DNA of 64,000 nucleotides from Eledone cirrhosa. Its lineage: Eukaryota. The notes under the pieces are model-generated. The model saw only the letters and a program-made list of their open reading frames with translations, was not told where the DNA came from and ran no database searches. Positions 1 to 13,769 of this stretch are shown here, piece by piece. Location: contig OZ024740.1 of NCBI GenBank assembly GCA_964016885.1, positions 397,234,001-397,298,000 on the forward strand, in the 5' to 3' direction. Within the stretch, counting starts at the first letter, position 1. The number at the start of each line of letters is the position of its first letter. A program made the position numbers and the translations under genes.

Positions 1-36
1 TATGTATGTATGTGTATATATATATATATGTATATA

Positions 37-77
<41 letters not shown>

Positions 78-370
78 CTTTATTATTATTGTAATATAAC
101 TTATGTGTATGTGTGTATAAGTGAGGTTGTGTATGTATATATACTATGTGTATATATAAGAGTAATGAAATATATATATATATATATATATGTGCATGTC
201 TGTTTTTTATGTGTGTGTATATATATATATGTATGTGTATATGTGTATATATATATATATGTGTACGTGTGTGTATGTGGATATATATATATATATATAT
301 ATATATACATGTGGGTGTTTGTATGTGTATTTATGGTGGTATGAGTGTGTGGATATATATGTTTGTGTAT

Positions 371-402
<32 letters not shown>

Positions 403-423
403 GAGTCTATGTGTGTGTGTATA

Positions 424-462
<39 letters not shown>

Positions 463-640
463 GTGTGTACGTGTTGCGCGTGAGTGTGTGTGTATTTATA
501 TCTTTTTATATGTGTATGTGTATGTTCGTGTAAATGTATGTGTGTGTATGACTGTATAGGTATGTGTGTATGTATGTATGTGTAGATATCTCTATGTGCG
601 CGTACATGTATGTATGTGTATGTATATCTGTATGTGTATG
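1..640. repeat. Compound (TA)n/(TG)n microsatellite
   Basis: Direct reading: alternating purine-pyrimidine runs. Confidence 0.95.
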
Positions 641-1228
641 TACATTATATTATATTTATTATATTTTATTGTTTTTATTTTTTTATTTTTCTTAATTTAT
701 AGATACATTTATATTAGGCAGTCTGGTCTGACAATCTAATACTGACCCCTCCACCCCCCTCCCACCTAATTTCTGTATCTTGATCTTGAAATGTGTGTAC
801 CAGTGTTTTTATGTGAGTGACTTAATTTCTATTTGCTTATGATTTTATATCCACATATATAAATGTGAGTGGGGGAGTGTGTGTGTTTGTATGTTCGTGG
901 TTATGTGTATATTTATGCATATACGCACATGTATGTGTGATTATACTGATATGTGTGAGTATGAAAAAAATATATTTATATGCTTGACTCCATAAGTATC
1001 ATTGCGTATCTTATCAGCGCATTAAGCTTACAGAGATATTAACCTTGAAATTTTGTGTTTGCATCCATCTTTTTACTATGCACATACAAATTATACACAC
1101 ATTATTGTAAAATATGTGTAAGGTTTTTACATGTATATACACACACCAAACTGCTTTTAACCCTTTGTGTTTTCATTGGTCAATTTTGAACTGATATTTT
1201 GAATTGTTGTTATTATCAATAAATATAC

Positions 1229-1383
1229 TTCATTATTTCTGAAGACGGCGTATATATGAGTTAGGTATGTATATTTAATCTTGATAATTTGTATAATTTT
1301 GTATAATTTTGTACATAGATCTGTTAAATATGCATACCAATTATAACACATATATACCCTAGAAACGATCGTTAAATAGTGAA
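1229..1383 (+). ncRNA. Type I hammerhead ribozyme-like motif with long stem II
   Basis: Stem I ttcattattt (1229-1238) pairs with aaatagtgaa (1374-1383). Core CTGAAGA at 1239-1245 and GAAAC at 1362-1366. Stem III is palindromic (AAC-GATC-GTT), putative GUU site. Stem II: gtatatatgagtta/taacacatatatac and ggtatgtatatttaa/ttaaatatgcatacc. Confidence 0.75.
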
Positions 1384-1571
1384 CTTTTTTTGTTTAATAT
1401 AAGGAATTGTTTGTTCATTATTTGTTTAATATTTTATCTTGACTCTGTATACCGTTTATCTTTCACCGAAAGTGGATTTTCATTACATCTCTTCTTTCCA
1501 TGATATCCGGAATACATTGAGTTCTTCATACGGATTGGACACTACCGTAAACTCTTGGTAGATTTATCTAC

Positions 1572-1576
1572 ATATA

Positions 1577-1644
<68 letters not shown>

Positions 1645-1645
1645 C

Positions 1646-1694
<49 letters not shown>

Positions 1695-1818
1695 CATATA
1701 TATATATACATATATATATATACATATATATATATACATATATATATATATAGATATATATACATATATATATATATACATATATATATATACATATATA
1801 TATACATACATATATATA
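1572..1818. repeat. (TA)n microsatellite with CA interruptions
   Basis: Direct reading. Confidence 0.95.
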
Positions 1819-4408
1819 TCATCATCATCATCATTTTACGTCCGCTTTTCCCTGCTTGCAAGGGTGGAACGGGTCTTATTCAGCACAGCATCTCTCCACT
1901 CGTCACGGTCCCTCGTCATCTCCACCGTGAGCTTCAATGATCTGAGGTCTGTTCTCACCACCTCCGCCCATGTTTTTCGTGGTCTACCTCTACCACGTCT
2001 TCCTTCAACTGGCATTTCCTGGCACTTCTTCACCCATCGGTCATCCTCCATGCGCATCACATGTCCATACCACATCAGTCTCCTCTCCCGTACACTACAT
2101 TCTATCCCTCTCAGACACAGTTTCTCTCTCAACACATTTATGCTGGGTCGTTCACGCACATTTACACTGCACATCCAACGGAGCATGCTTGCCTCATTTC
2201 TCTCCAGCCGTCGCATATCCTCTGCAGTTGCTGCCCATGTCTCACTACCATGCAGCATCGCACTCCTCACACAGGCATCATACAACCGGCCTTTCGTACG
2301 CAGGGAGAAACCCTTCTTCGTCAACAGAGGAAGCAGCTCCCTAAACTTCTTCCAACCCGTCCTTATTCTAGATACTATGGCCTCGGACACCCTCCTCCCA
2401 TTCTAATCTGATCTCCTAGGTACCGGGAGCTATCCACCACTTCTATAGCGCCCTCTCGCATTTGAAAAATGTGTTTATCAGTGCGACTTCTACTTTCTAA
2501 TTTCCCTGTACATCTACTGCATACATATTTCTCCCTACCTGTTAGTTTGCCTGCTATCCCGCTACATCTCTTGTGTACCCAGGACCTGCATTGTGTGCAT
2601 TTTATAGAATTTATGCTAGTTCCTTTTCTGCATATCGAACATGGCCATTTCCCTGACGGAATCAGGGTTTTGTCCTCTTTTCTACTCATCAACACTTTTG
2701 TCTTAGCTAGATTCACTCTCAGTCCTCTTGCTTCCAACTGCTGTTTCCATAGCCAGAATTTATTCTCTAGCTCCTCTACTGATTCTGCTATAAGAACCAG
2801 ATCGTCAGCATAGAGAAGTTCCCATGGACAGCCAGTCTTAAACTCCTCTGTTATGGCTTGGAGGACTATAATGAACAAGAGCAGACTGAGGACCGAACCC
2901 TGATGTACTCCTACATGTATCTGGAATTCCTCACTAAACTCCATTCCTATCCTGACTTTACTGAGAGTACCTCTGTACAAAGTTTGCACTGTCCTCACAA
3001 GCCATTCCTCAACACCTAGCTTCCTTAGGGACCACCAGATGACAGATCGGGGTACCCTATCAAAGGCCTTCTCTAGGTCAACAAAGGCTAAGTATAGTGG
3101 CTTATTCTTCTCTAAGAACCTCTCTTGCATTTGTCTCACCAAGAAGAGGGCATCTGTTGTACTTTTCCCAGGCACAAAACCAAACTGTATCTCATCTAGT
3201 TTGACCCTTTCTCTAATTAGTTGTGCTAAAATCCTTTCTGCCACTTTCATAACCTGATCTATCAGTTTTATACCCCTATAATTGCTCCTCTCCAAAGCAT
3301 CCCCTTTACCTTTGTAGCAATTTATGAGAATACTGCTGCACCAGTCTTTGGGTATGACACCACCATATATAGCCTGATTGATGATGCGTGCAACCAGTTT
3401 AGTGCCTACGTCCCCTGATGCCTTCAGCATCTCAGCAACTATTCCCGTTGGTCCGGCCGCCTTACCATTTTTCATTTCCGTAATCGCCTCTTGGACCCTA
3501 TATTCGTCAATCTCAATAGCTGGTCCCTCTGTCAGATCTACCAAGGGTAATTTCTCTCTCTCCCATTCGTTCTCCACATTCATCAGTCTCTCATGACATT
3601 TCCAGGCCTCCTTTTTCTGGTCATTCGTGACACTAAGTACACCGGCATCATCCCGGACACATTTATCACCAACAACATCCTGATTTGCATTGACACACTG
3701 CCTTGCAATGTGGAACACCGCACGCCTCTGATCTTCCCGTCGCAGAACATTGGCAAACCTCCTACCCTCTGCCTCCCTGCGTGCTAAGTACACCTGACGT
3801 CTAGCTTCTCTCTTAGTGGCTGTATATTCTTCCCTACTCCCACCCTTTTTCCAAGCCTTCCATGCTAGTCTTTTGTCTCTAATAGCCTTATCTACTGTGC
3901 TGTTCCACCACCAGGTCACTCTCTGTCTGGTTGGAGCTCTGCTCCAGCCACAAGTTTCATCAGTAGCCTGCAGCAAGTTGTCACGTAAGAACTTCCAGTT
4001 ATTATCTATGTCATACGTCTCTAAATCGTCTTCTTTTTCGTCATATACATCTTGAAGGGCTTTCCTAAATTTGAATTTTAGTGAAAGGTCTTTTAGCTTC
4101 CAGACCTTTCTTCTCCACACCTTCCTATATGTCTCATTCCATCCCTTGCTTACTGAGATATCACTAACAACTAACCTATGCTGTGGGGTACATTCTTCCC
4201 CAGGGTATGCCTTGGTATTAGACACTATCTGCCTGTCCCGCTGCCTAACTAGCAGGAAGTCAATCTGGCTTATGTGCTCACCAGATTTGTAGTTTATTAG
4301 GTGATTGGCATGTTTCTGGAAGTTTGTGTTGCAAATAGTCAATGTACTTGCATCACAAAATTCAAGAAGTTTCACTCCTTCTTCATTTCTTGAACCGTAA
4401 CCGTGCCA
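1819..4408 (-). mobile_element. RTE-clade LINE, 5'-truncated, with one frameshift near 2390
   Basis: Minus-strand ORF carries the AP-endonuclease C-terminus (SQIDFLL..QHRLVV) and RT motifs ([26 protein letters not shown]). It also has a Cys/His finger (CSIC..CTQC..WVHKRC..CSRC) and the RTE C-terminus ([24 protein letters not shown]). (GAT)n tail at 1819-1833. Confidence 0.95.
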
Positions 4409-4477
4409 TATATACATACATATATATATATACATACATATATATATATATACATACATACATATATATATATATAC

Positions 4478-4511
<34 letters not shown>

Positions 4512-4546
4512 ATACATACATACATATATATATATATATACATACA

Positions 4547-4578
<32 letters not shown>

Positions 4579-4683
4579 CATACATACATATATATATACA
4601 TATATATATACATACATACATATATATATACATATATATATACATACATACATATATATATACATATATATATATATACATAC

Positions 4684-4714
<31 letters not shown>

Positions 4715-4787
4715 CATACATACATATATATATACATATATATATATATACATACATATATATATACATATATATATATATACATAC

Positions 4788-4818
<31 letters not shown>

Positions 4819-4904
4819 CATACATACATATATATATACATATATATATATATACATACATATATATATATATACATACATATATATATACATATATATA
4901 TATA
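4409..4904. repeat. (TA)n/(TACA)n microsatellite
   Basis: Direct reading. Confidence 0.95.
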
Positions 4905-5515
4905 TGGTGGCTGCCAACTCGTTTTCGAGTACGGCCACTACTTTATATCCATGTAGGAGAACCCCTACCGATGCGCTGAACGAGTGTGACTTTTTAGTCC
5001 AGCCAGCGACTTGAAAACTCTGGTACAAACACTACACTTGTGACAATTACTGACACATAGTGCTGGGCCCATGGTACCATGTGACGACAAGTGCAGAGAG
5101 ATCTCCAGATATAAAGCAATGCCTGTGCCGTGAAGCTTTTATAGTGAGCAAAGGCACTGCACAAAGCCAGTCCCACTCTCTTAACCAAGATGATATTTAC
5201 CAAAAAGAAGAACAAGTCAACATCATTGGATACCATCAGGGTTGCAGGTGTTATATCAGAGTTTTCCTTCTCCTAGAATTCTGCCTTGACAAAGGCTAAG
5301 TGGGTCATCTCTCCCGGTGATTTTGGATGGCCATTGACTCTTAAGAGCTCCTTTGCCCTTTGACAGGTTTTGTTTTTAGTCCTGCAGGATGTCCAAAGTC
5401 ACCCTCCTCACCAAGAAACCTTGGTGGGGTTGCCAGTTTAGTCGCCAACGACCCGACCATGGGACAGGTTGTACTGGGATACATGTTACCAGTAGCACCA
5501 ACTGGTGACCTGACA
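4905..5515 (-). mobile_element. Non-autonomous RTE-derived retroposon (about 610 bp), longest copy
   Basis: Near-identical copies at 10384-10955, 54254-54408 and 55124-55485. The 3' part resembles an RTE C-terminal Zn-finger end ([19 protein letters not shown] in the 10.8 kb copy). The 5' part has RTE-5'UTR-like motifs (ggcgactaaactggcaaccc; ctaggagaaggaaaact). Confidence 0.75.
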
Positions 5516-6692
<1,177 letters not shown>

Positions 6693-6731
6693 TGAAATAT
6701 AAGAATCAAAGAACTGCTCAAAACATTATTG

Positions 6732-6778
6732 TGCTTACAGCTGTTTCCTCCAAACCGAGGTTTGGATTCTTCGGAGCA
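6732..6778 (-). ncRNA. Minimal type I hammerhead-like motif (core variant CCGAAGA)
   Basis: Reverse complement reads tgct-CCGAAGA-a-tccaaac-ctcg-gtttgga-g-GAAAC-agct-GTA-agca. All three stems close, stem III is palindromic (acagctgt), and U4 is changed to C. Confidence 0.75.
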
Positions 6779-7410
6779 ATTTATTAATGCATGGACAGTT
6801 ATATGACCTCCTTTTCAGCCGAGAGACATACCAAATACATATTCAAACATTGATACATATTCAAACATTGTGGGTCAACATTCATTACAGAATTTAGAGT
6901 GGCAGTACACACTTCGAGATTACATTTATATTAATAGGTACAATCAAAAATCAAAGATATAGGTTAAAGTACAACATGAAGATAAGTGGTTATATAGTGC
7001 AAATGTTATATGTGTGGCACGCATGTGCGTCTTGTTTATATAGTGTGGCAGAGAGATATGTGTGGTAGAGGCACTTAGGTAGGTAAATAAGAGTGTTAGG
7101 TTGGTAGATCTGATGGCAAAATCTTTATATGATTGATATAGTTTGTGTGTGGAGAAATATTATAAGCATTAAAGATAGTGCAAGCATTAAAAGTGTTAAA
7201 AGTGTTATAAGTATTGGAGATGCACAGCGCAGGGATGTCAAGTATTTCATGTACTTCGGCATTTTCATGGTCAGGGGAGTGTATATTTCGATTATATGCC
7301 TTTCACATAATCCACGACAATCCAGTTAGAGATTGTAGTCTGGTGTTCTTTAGTTCGATACAGGAGGTTGTTACGTTTCGAGAAACGCCATTGAATACCG
7401 GAACTGTGTG

Positions 7411-9294
7411 TACATATATATATACATATATATATGTATATATATATATACATATATATATGTATATATATATACATTCATATATACATATATATATACA
7501 TATATATATGTATATATATATACATATATATATACATATATATATACATATATATATGTATATATATATACATATATATATACATATATATATACATATA
7601 TATATACATATATATATACATATATATATACATATATATATACATATATATATGTATATATATATACATATATATACATATATATATACATATATATATG
7701 TATATATATATACATATATACATATATATATGTATATATATATACATATATATATACATATATACATATATATATGTATATATATATACATATATATATA
7801 CATATATATATGTATATATATATACATATATATATGTATATATATATACATATATATATGTATATATATATACATATATATATGTATATATATATACATA
7901 TATATATGTATATATATATGTATATATATATATACATATATATATGTATATATATATGTATATATATATATACATATATATATGTATATATATATGTATA
8001 TATATATGTATATATATATATACATATATATATGTATATATATATGTATATATATATATACATATATATGTATATATATATGTATATATATATATACATA
8101 TATATGTATATATATATGTATATATATATATACATATATATATGTATATATATATACATATATATATATACATATATATATGTATATATATATACATATA
8201 TATATGTATATATATATGTATATATATATACATATATATATGTATATATGTATATATATATACATATATATATGTATATATATATGTATATATATATGTA
8301 TATATATATACATATATATATGTATATATATATGTATACATATATATATGTATATATATATGTATATATGTATATATATATACATATATATATGTATATA
8401 TATATGTATATATGTATATATATATACATATATATATGTATATATATATACATATACATATATATATGTATATATATATACATATATATATGTATATATA
8501 TATACATATATATATACATATATATATGTATATATATATACATATATATATACATATATATATGTATATATATATACATATATATATGTATATATATATA
8601 CATATATATATACATATATATATGTATATATATATACATATATATATACATATATATATGTATATATATATACATATATATATACATATATATATGTATA
8701 TATATATACATATATATATACATATATATATGTATATATATATACATATATATATATATATGTATATATATATACATATACATATATATATGTATATATA
8801 TATACATATACATATATATATGTATATATATATACATATATATATACATATATATATGTATATATATATACATATATATATACATATATATACATATATA
8901 TATACATATATATATGTATATATATATACATATATATATACATATATATATGTATATATATATACATATATATATGTATATATATATATGTATATATATA
9001 TACATATATATATGTATATATATATACATATATATATGTATATATATATGTATATATATATACATATATATATGTATATATATATGTATATATATATACA
9101 TATATATATGTATATATATATACATATATATATACATATATATATGTATATATATATACATATATATATACATATATATATGTATATATATACATATATA
9201 TATACATATATATATACATATATATATGTATATATATATACATATATATATGTATATATACATATATATATACATATATATATACATATATATA
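7411..9294. repeat. About 1.9 kb (TA)n array with periodic C/G substitutions
   Basis: Direct reading; 10-12 bp higher-order units such as tatatataca and tatatatgta. Confidence 0.95.
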
Positions 9295-9370
9295 AAAGTA
9301 GCGAAACAAACGGTTATTAAACAATTTTCTAAATAAATTAAAAAATGATTAAATAATCACCTGTTCAGAT

Positions 9371-9451
9371 GCTGTTACCGACGGTTTCATCATTCCGAAA
9401 GATTGGAAATCCAATGAATTTCCAATGGAAAGAAATGAATCTTCAGACAGC
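9371..9451 (-). ncRNA. Type I hammerhead ribozyme-like motif with intact core
   Basis: Reverse complement reads gctgt-CTGAAGA-t-tcatttc..attggaaat-tcattgg-atttccaat..ggaatga-t-GAAAC-cgtcg-GTA-acagc. Stem I is 5 bp, stem II has two segments, cleavage triplet GUA. Confidence 0.82.
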
Positions 9452-9619
9452 CCTATTTCCACGCTATAAGGTATAGCAAGTAAATATTATGCTCCCTGCC
9501 CAACGCATGCGGTCAAGCCGTTAAAGTGACACACACGCAAATCACCACATGTATTATAAACAACTTGAATATTTCTACAAGTACATTGTACCTGTTGAAG
9601 TATCCATCCACTTCTATAA

Positions 9620-10383
9620 TATACATATATATATGTATATATATATACATATATATATGTATATATATATATGTATATATATATACATATATATATGTAT
9701 ATATATATACATATATATATACATATATATATGTATATATATATACATATACATATATATATGTATATATATATACATATATATATATATATGTATATAT
9801 ATATACATATATATATACATATATATATGTATATATACATATATATATACATATATATATGTATATATATATACATATATATATACATATATATATGCAT
9901 ATATATATACATATATATATACATATATATATACATATATATATGTATATATATATACATATATATATACATATATATATACATATATATATACATATAT
10001 ATATACATATATATATGTATATATATATGTATATATATATACATATACATATATATATGTATATATACATATATATATACATATATACATATATATATAC
10101 ATATATATATACATATATATATACATATATATATACATATATATATACATATATATATACATATATATATACATATATATATACATATATATATACATAT
10201 ATATACATATATATATACATATATATACATATATATATGTATATATATATACATATATATATATACATATATATATATACATATATATACACATATATAT
10301 ACATATATATATATGTATATATATACATATATATATACATATATATATGCATATATATATACATATATATATACATATATATA
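9620..10383. repeat. (TA)n/(TATATATACA)n microsatellite
   Basis: Direct reading. Confidence 0.95.
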
Positions 10384-10955
10384 TTGGCGACTAAACTGGC
10401 AACCCCACCAAGGTTTCTTGGTGAGGAGGGTGACTTTGGACATCCTGCAGGACTAAAAACAAAACCTGTCAAAGGGCAAAGGAGCTCTTAAGAGTCAATG
10501 GCCATCCAAAATCACCGGGAGAGATGACCCCTTTAGCCTTAGTCAAGGCAGAATTCTAGGAGAAGGAAAACTCTGATATAACACCTGCAACCCTGATGGT
10601 ATCCAATGATGTTGACTTGTTCTTCTTTTTGGTAAATAGCATCTTGGTTAAGAGAGTGGGACTGGCTTTGTGCAGTGCCTTTGCTCACTATAAAAGCTTC
10701 ACGGCACAGGCATTGCTTTATATCTGGAGATCTCTCTGCACTTGTCCTCACATGGGCCCAGCACTATGTGTCAATAATTGTCCTACCATGGGCCTAGCAC
10801 TATGTGTCAATAATTGTCACAGGTGTAGTGTTTGTACCAGAGGTTTCAAGTCGCTGGCTGGACTAAAAAGTCACACTCGTTCAGCGCTTCGGTAGGGGTT
10901 ATCCTACATGGATGTAAAGTAGTGGCCGTACTCGAAAACGAGTTGGCAGCCACCA
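10384..10955 (+). mobile_element. Non-autonomous RTE-derived retroposon, 5'-truncated copy
   Basis: Reverse complement of 4905-5447. Has an internal 36-bp-period duplication at 10751-10818 and a (TA)/(TACA) tail. Confidence 0.8.
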
Positions 10956-11122
10956 TATATATACATATATACATATATATATATATACATATAAATATAT
11001 ATACATACATACATACATACATATATATATACATACATACATACATACATATATATTCAAATATGAATAGCACCAGTTCGTAATTTGAACTCGGGAATTT
11101 TATATTCTCTGTGTGAAAAGAT

Positions 11123-11196
11123 CCTTCTGACGAGAGTTTTTCTTTGCAACGGATGCCGTACGGACCTTTTGAGACTCAAAACCGATTCGGTAAAGG
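11123..11196 (+). ncRNA. Type I hammerhead-like motif (G12>A variant)
   Basis: Reads cctt-CTGACGA-gagtttt...gagactc-AAAAC-cgattcg-GTA-aagg. Stems I, II and III all pair; AAAAC replaces GAAAC. Confidence 0.7.
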
Positions 11197-11264
11197 TAAC
11201 CATAGTAAGTAAAGTTAATTTTTTTTTATTTATTTTGAAACTTTTTCTTATGTGCTAAACCTTG

Positions 11265-11320
<56 letters not shown>

Positions 11321-11325
<5 letters not shown>

Positions 11326-11608
11326 ATACTTTGGGAGGGTGATGTTGCCAATAAGAAACACATGCACCAGATGCTTTCACTTCAATTTATTATAAATTAA
11401 ATTCATAAATTTATGAATTTATAAATTTCCGGTTTGTTCCACAACCAGAAGATTGTTTGTATATTGTCAAAGTTCTTTCGTCACACATTCTGTGACCTCT
11501 TCAGTGACTGGGGATTCTTTTCTTTGTTTTAGTGCCTCTCCTTTGTTCTGTCCTACGCCATCTTGTTTTTGTGTGTGTTGTGTGCTTAGTTTGCGCATGT
11601 GTTACAAT
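11321..11608 (-). mobile_element. Inverted pseudo-LTR of a Penelope-like element
   Basis: Diverged reverse complement of about 30555-30793, the 3' end of the GIY-YIG element. Abuts (TA)n at 11266-11320 and contains a hammerhead motif. Confidence 0.8.
11466..11508 (-). ncRNA. Minimal hammerhead motif in the PLE pseudo-LTR
   Basis: Reverse complement reads gtca-CTGAAGA-g-gtcac-agaatgt-gtgac-GAAA-gaact-t-tgac. Confidence 0.7.
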
Positions 11609-12018
11609 GTCTTACAATGATACAAATGGGACCTGCCCCTTGTATAGGCGCAAATTTTGGAATAGAATAGAAAGAACTAAGAATAAGGTTAATAGAATAA
11701 ACTCATGGTATGATAGCAATAAATACCAGAGTGTAATGTTCATCAATACAACCCCTGGAGGTGAATTAGCTTACAAATTCACAAGGGCCCTAGATAAACA
11801 TAAACTCAATATTAAGATAGTAGAAAGACCAGGTACCTCCATAAAATCACTTATTAGCAATACATACCCTTTTCAAAGACCTCCCTGTATAGATAAGAAA
11901 TGTATAATCTGTAAACTAAGCCCCCATATTAACTGTAAAACTAGAAATGTAGTATATAGCATAAGATGTACTGAAGGACAATGTAGAGATAAGAATATAG
12001 TGTAGTATAGGGGAACGG
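11609..12018 (+). mobile_element. Penelope-like element fragment (RT thumb/linker and start of GIY-YIG)
   Basis: Translation PLYRRKFWNR..SVMFINTTPGGEL..IKIVERPG..PCIDKKCIICK..CKTRNVVYSIRC is homologous to 29972-30170. Cut off by an RTE insertion. Confidence 0.85.
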
Positions 12019-13091
12019 ATATCAAATCCTCTGCTTCCTTAACTGTATTTGTCACCAAAGCTATGTCATTGGCAAATTCAGCATCTGTTACCTTTTTCGC
12101 CTTAACTCTCCTGCTCTGAGCCGGTGCTACAGTAAAGCCAGAGTCCTGGTGTTTCTCCAGTGCAAGGCGCATACAATAGTCCACTACGATGATAAAAAGG
12201 TAGGGAGCCAATGTATCTCCCTGGAGCACTCCAGCCAGTATCTCAAAGAACTCAAATCCCATCAGGTGTAATGACTTGGGCTTTGGTGTTGGTGTAGAGC
12301 AGTGATATCAAGTCCACTATCTTCTTGGGGATTCCATAAGCCTGTAAGATCTTCATCAGGCAGTGACGGTCCACAGAATCAAAGGCCTTCCAAAAGTCAA
12401 TGAAAACCATGACTGCAGGAAGGCACTTTGCTCTAGCTCCCTCTAAAATCCTCCTCAGCATCAGGATGTGACTTATGATTGATCTTCCCTCTCTGAAGCC
12501 GTTCTGGTTGTCCCTGAGCTTCTTCTCCATCTCAGGCTGGATCCTGTTAAGAATCATCCTGTTGAGGGTCTTTGCCACAAATGACGTCAGTGAGATCCCC
12601 CTGTAGTTGTTGGTGTTAGAGGGATCTCCCTTCTTTTGCAGTGGGACGAGGTTACTGATCCTCCACTGATTCGGGGCAACTCCTTTCTCCAGTGCCCGGT
12701 TACAGAACCCCAGGATGATATCATCAAAATCACACCTCCTCATCACCTCTGATGCCACTCCATCTCCTCCATGAGCCTTGCCCTCCTTGATCCTCTTCTT
12801 GGCTCTCTGAAGCTCCTCTCTAGTGAAGGGCTCTGTCTCAATATCCAGTTCCTCAAACAGCTGCCTGATCTCCCCAGTGCTCTGGGCTGTGGAGGGTGGC
12901 TCTCCTAGTAGGGTCCTAAAATGGTCTAGCCATTTCCTCTTCCTATTCTTGGGCCTCATTCCCTGGATCTGACTCGAACACCTTCTCTTCCTCCCTGTGA
13001 TCTCGTTGATGATCATCCAGCTCTCCTTAGATCTGTCAACCGCTCTCTCCACACTTCTGATCTTCTTTATCAGTGCCTCCTCTCTGGCCTC
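12019..13091 (-). mobile_element. RTE LINE: inverted 5' segment (RT N-terminal part)
   Basis: NYRGISL, QNGFREGRS, FIDFWKAFDSV, GVLQGDTLAPYLF and FANDIAL on the minus strand. Confidence 0.9.
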
Positions 13092-13678
13092 AGGGAGCAA
13101 AGATTGGGAATACGGAAGATGATGTGGTTGAGAGGAAGAGCAAAGCCTGGGCGGTGTGCCACAGCTTGAGATCGGTGTGGAAGTCGGACCTTTGTAAAGA
13201 CCTGAAAATCTGCCTCTTAATTGCTGTAGTGGAGTCTGTGCTGCTGTACGGGTCTGAGACTTGGACACTGACCAAGAAACTCCCACTGACCAAGAAACTC
13301 CCACTGACCAAGAAACTCCCTCAGATGGTGGATGGGTGCTACAAGAGAATGCTGAGGATGGCTCTGAACATTAATCAGTATACACTGAGGATGAAAAACT
13401 CAGAGCTGTATGGGAGCCTCCCAAAAGTCAGCTCAAAAGTGACACAGAGGAGGTTAGCTGGACATGCTCACCGACATCCAGAGTTGGCATTGCACTCAGT
13501 ACTCCTGTGGGAGCCCCTACATGGACACAGCTGAAGAGGAAGACGGAGGTTAACATATGTTGATGCCCTAAGGACAGATACTGGTCTGTTGGAGACGCAG
13601 GACATGGCAGCGATAATGAGGGACAGAGACCGCTGGAGAGAACTCGTCCATGGATCTCAGGAATTTTATCTGCCCTAG
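13092..13678 (+). mobile_element. RTE LINE: 3' segment (RT C-terminus and tail)
   Basis: ESVLLYGSETWTLTKK and RRLAGHAHRH on the plus strand. In-frame 18-bp triplication at 13266-13319. Confidence 0.88.
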
Positions 13679-13719
13679 ATACATACATATATATATGTAT
13701 ATACATACATATACATATC

Positions 13720-13769
<50 letters not shown>

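Noticed and set aside
4409-4861. N-terminal part of the 828-aa ORF
   Set aside because: Microsatellite read in frame with the truncated RTE; real coding homology starts at about 4408.
5425-5515. HDV-like ribozyme at the 5' end of the RTE-derived element
   Set aside because: ccagt/actgg and ctaa resemble P2 and J4/2, but I could not build a proper P1 or L3. It needs a descriptor search.
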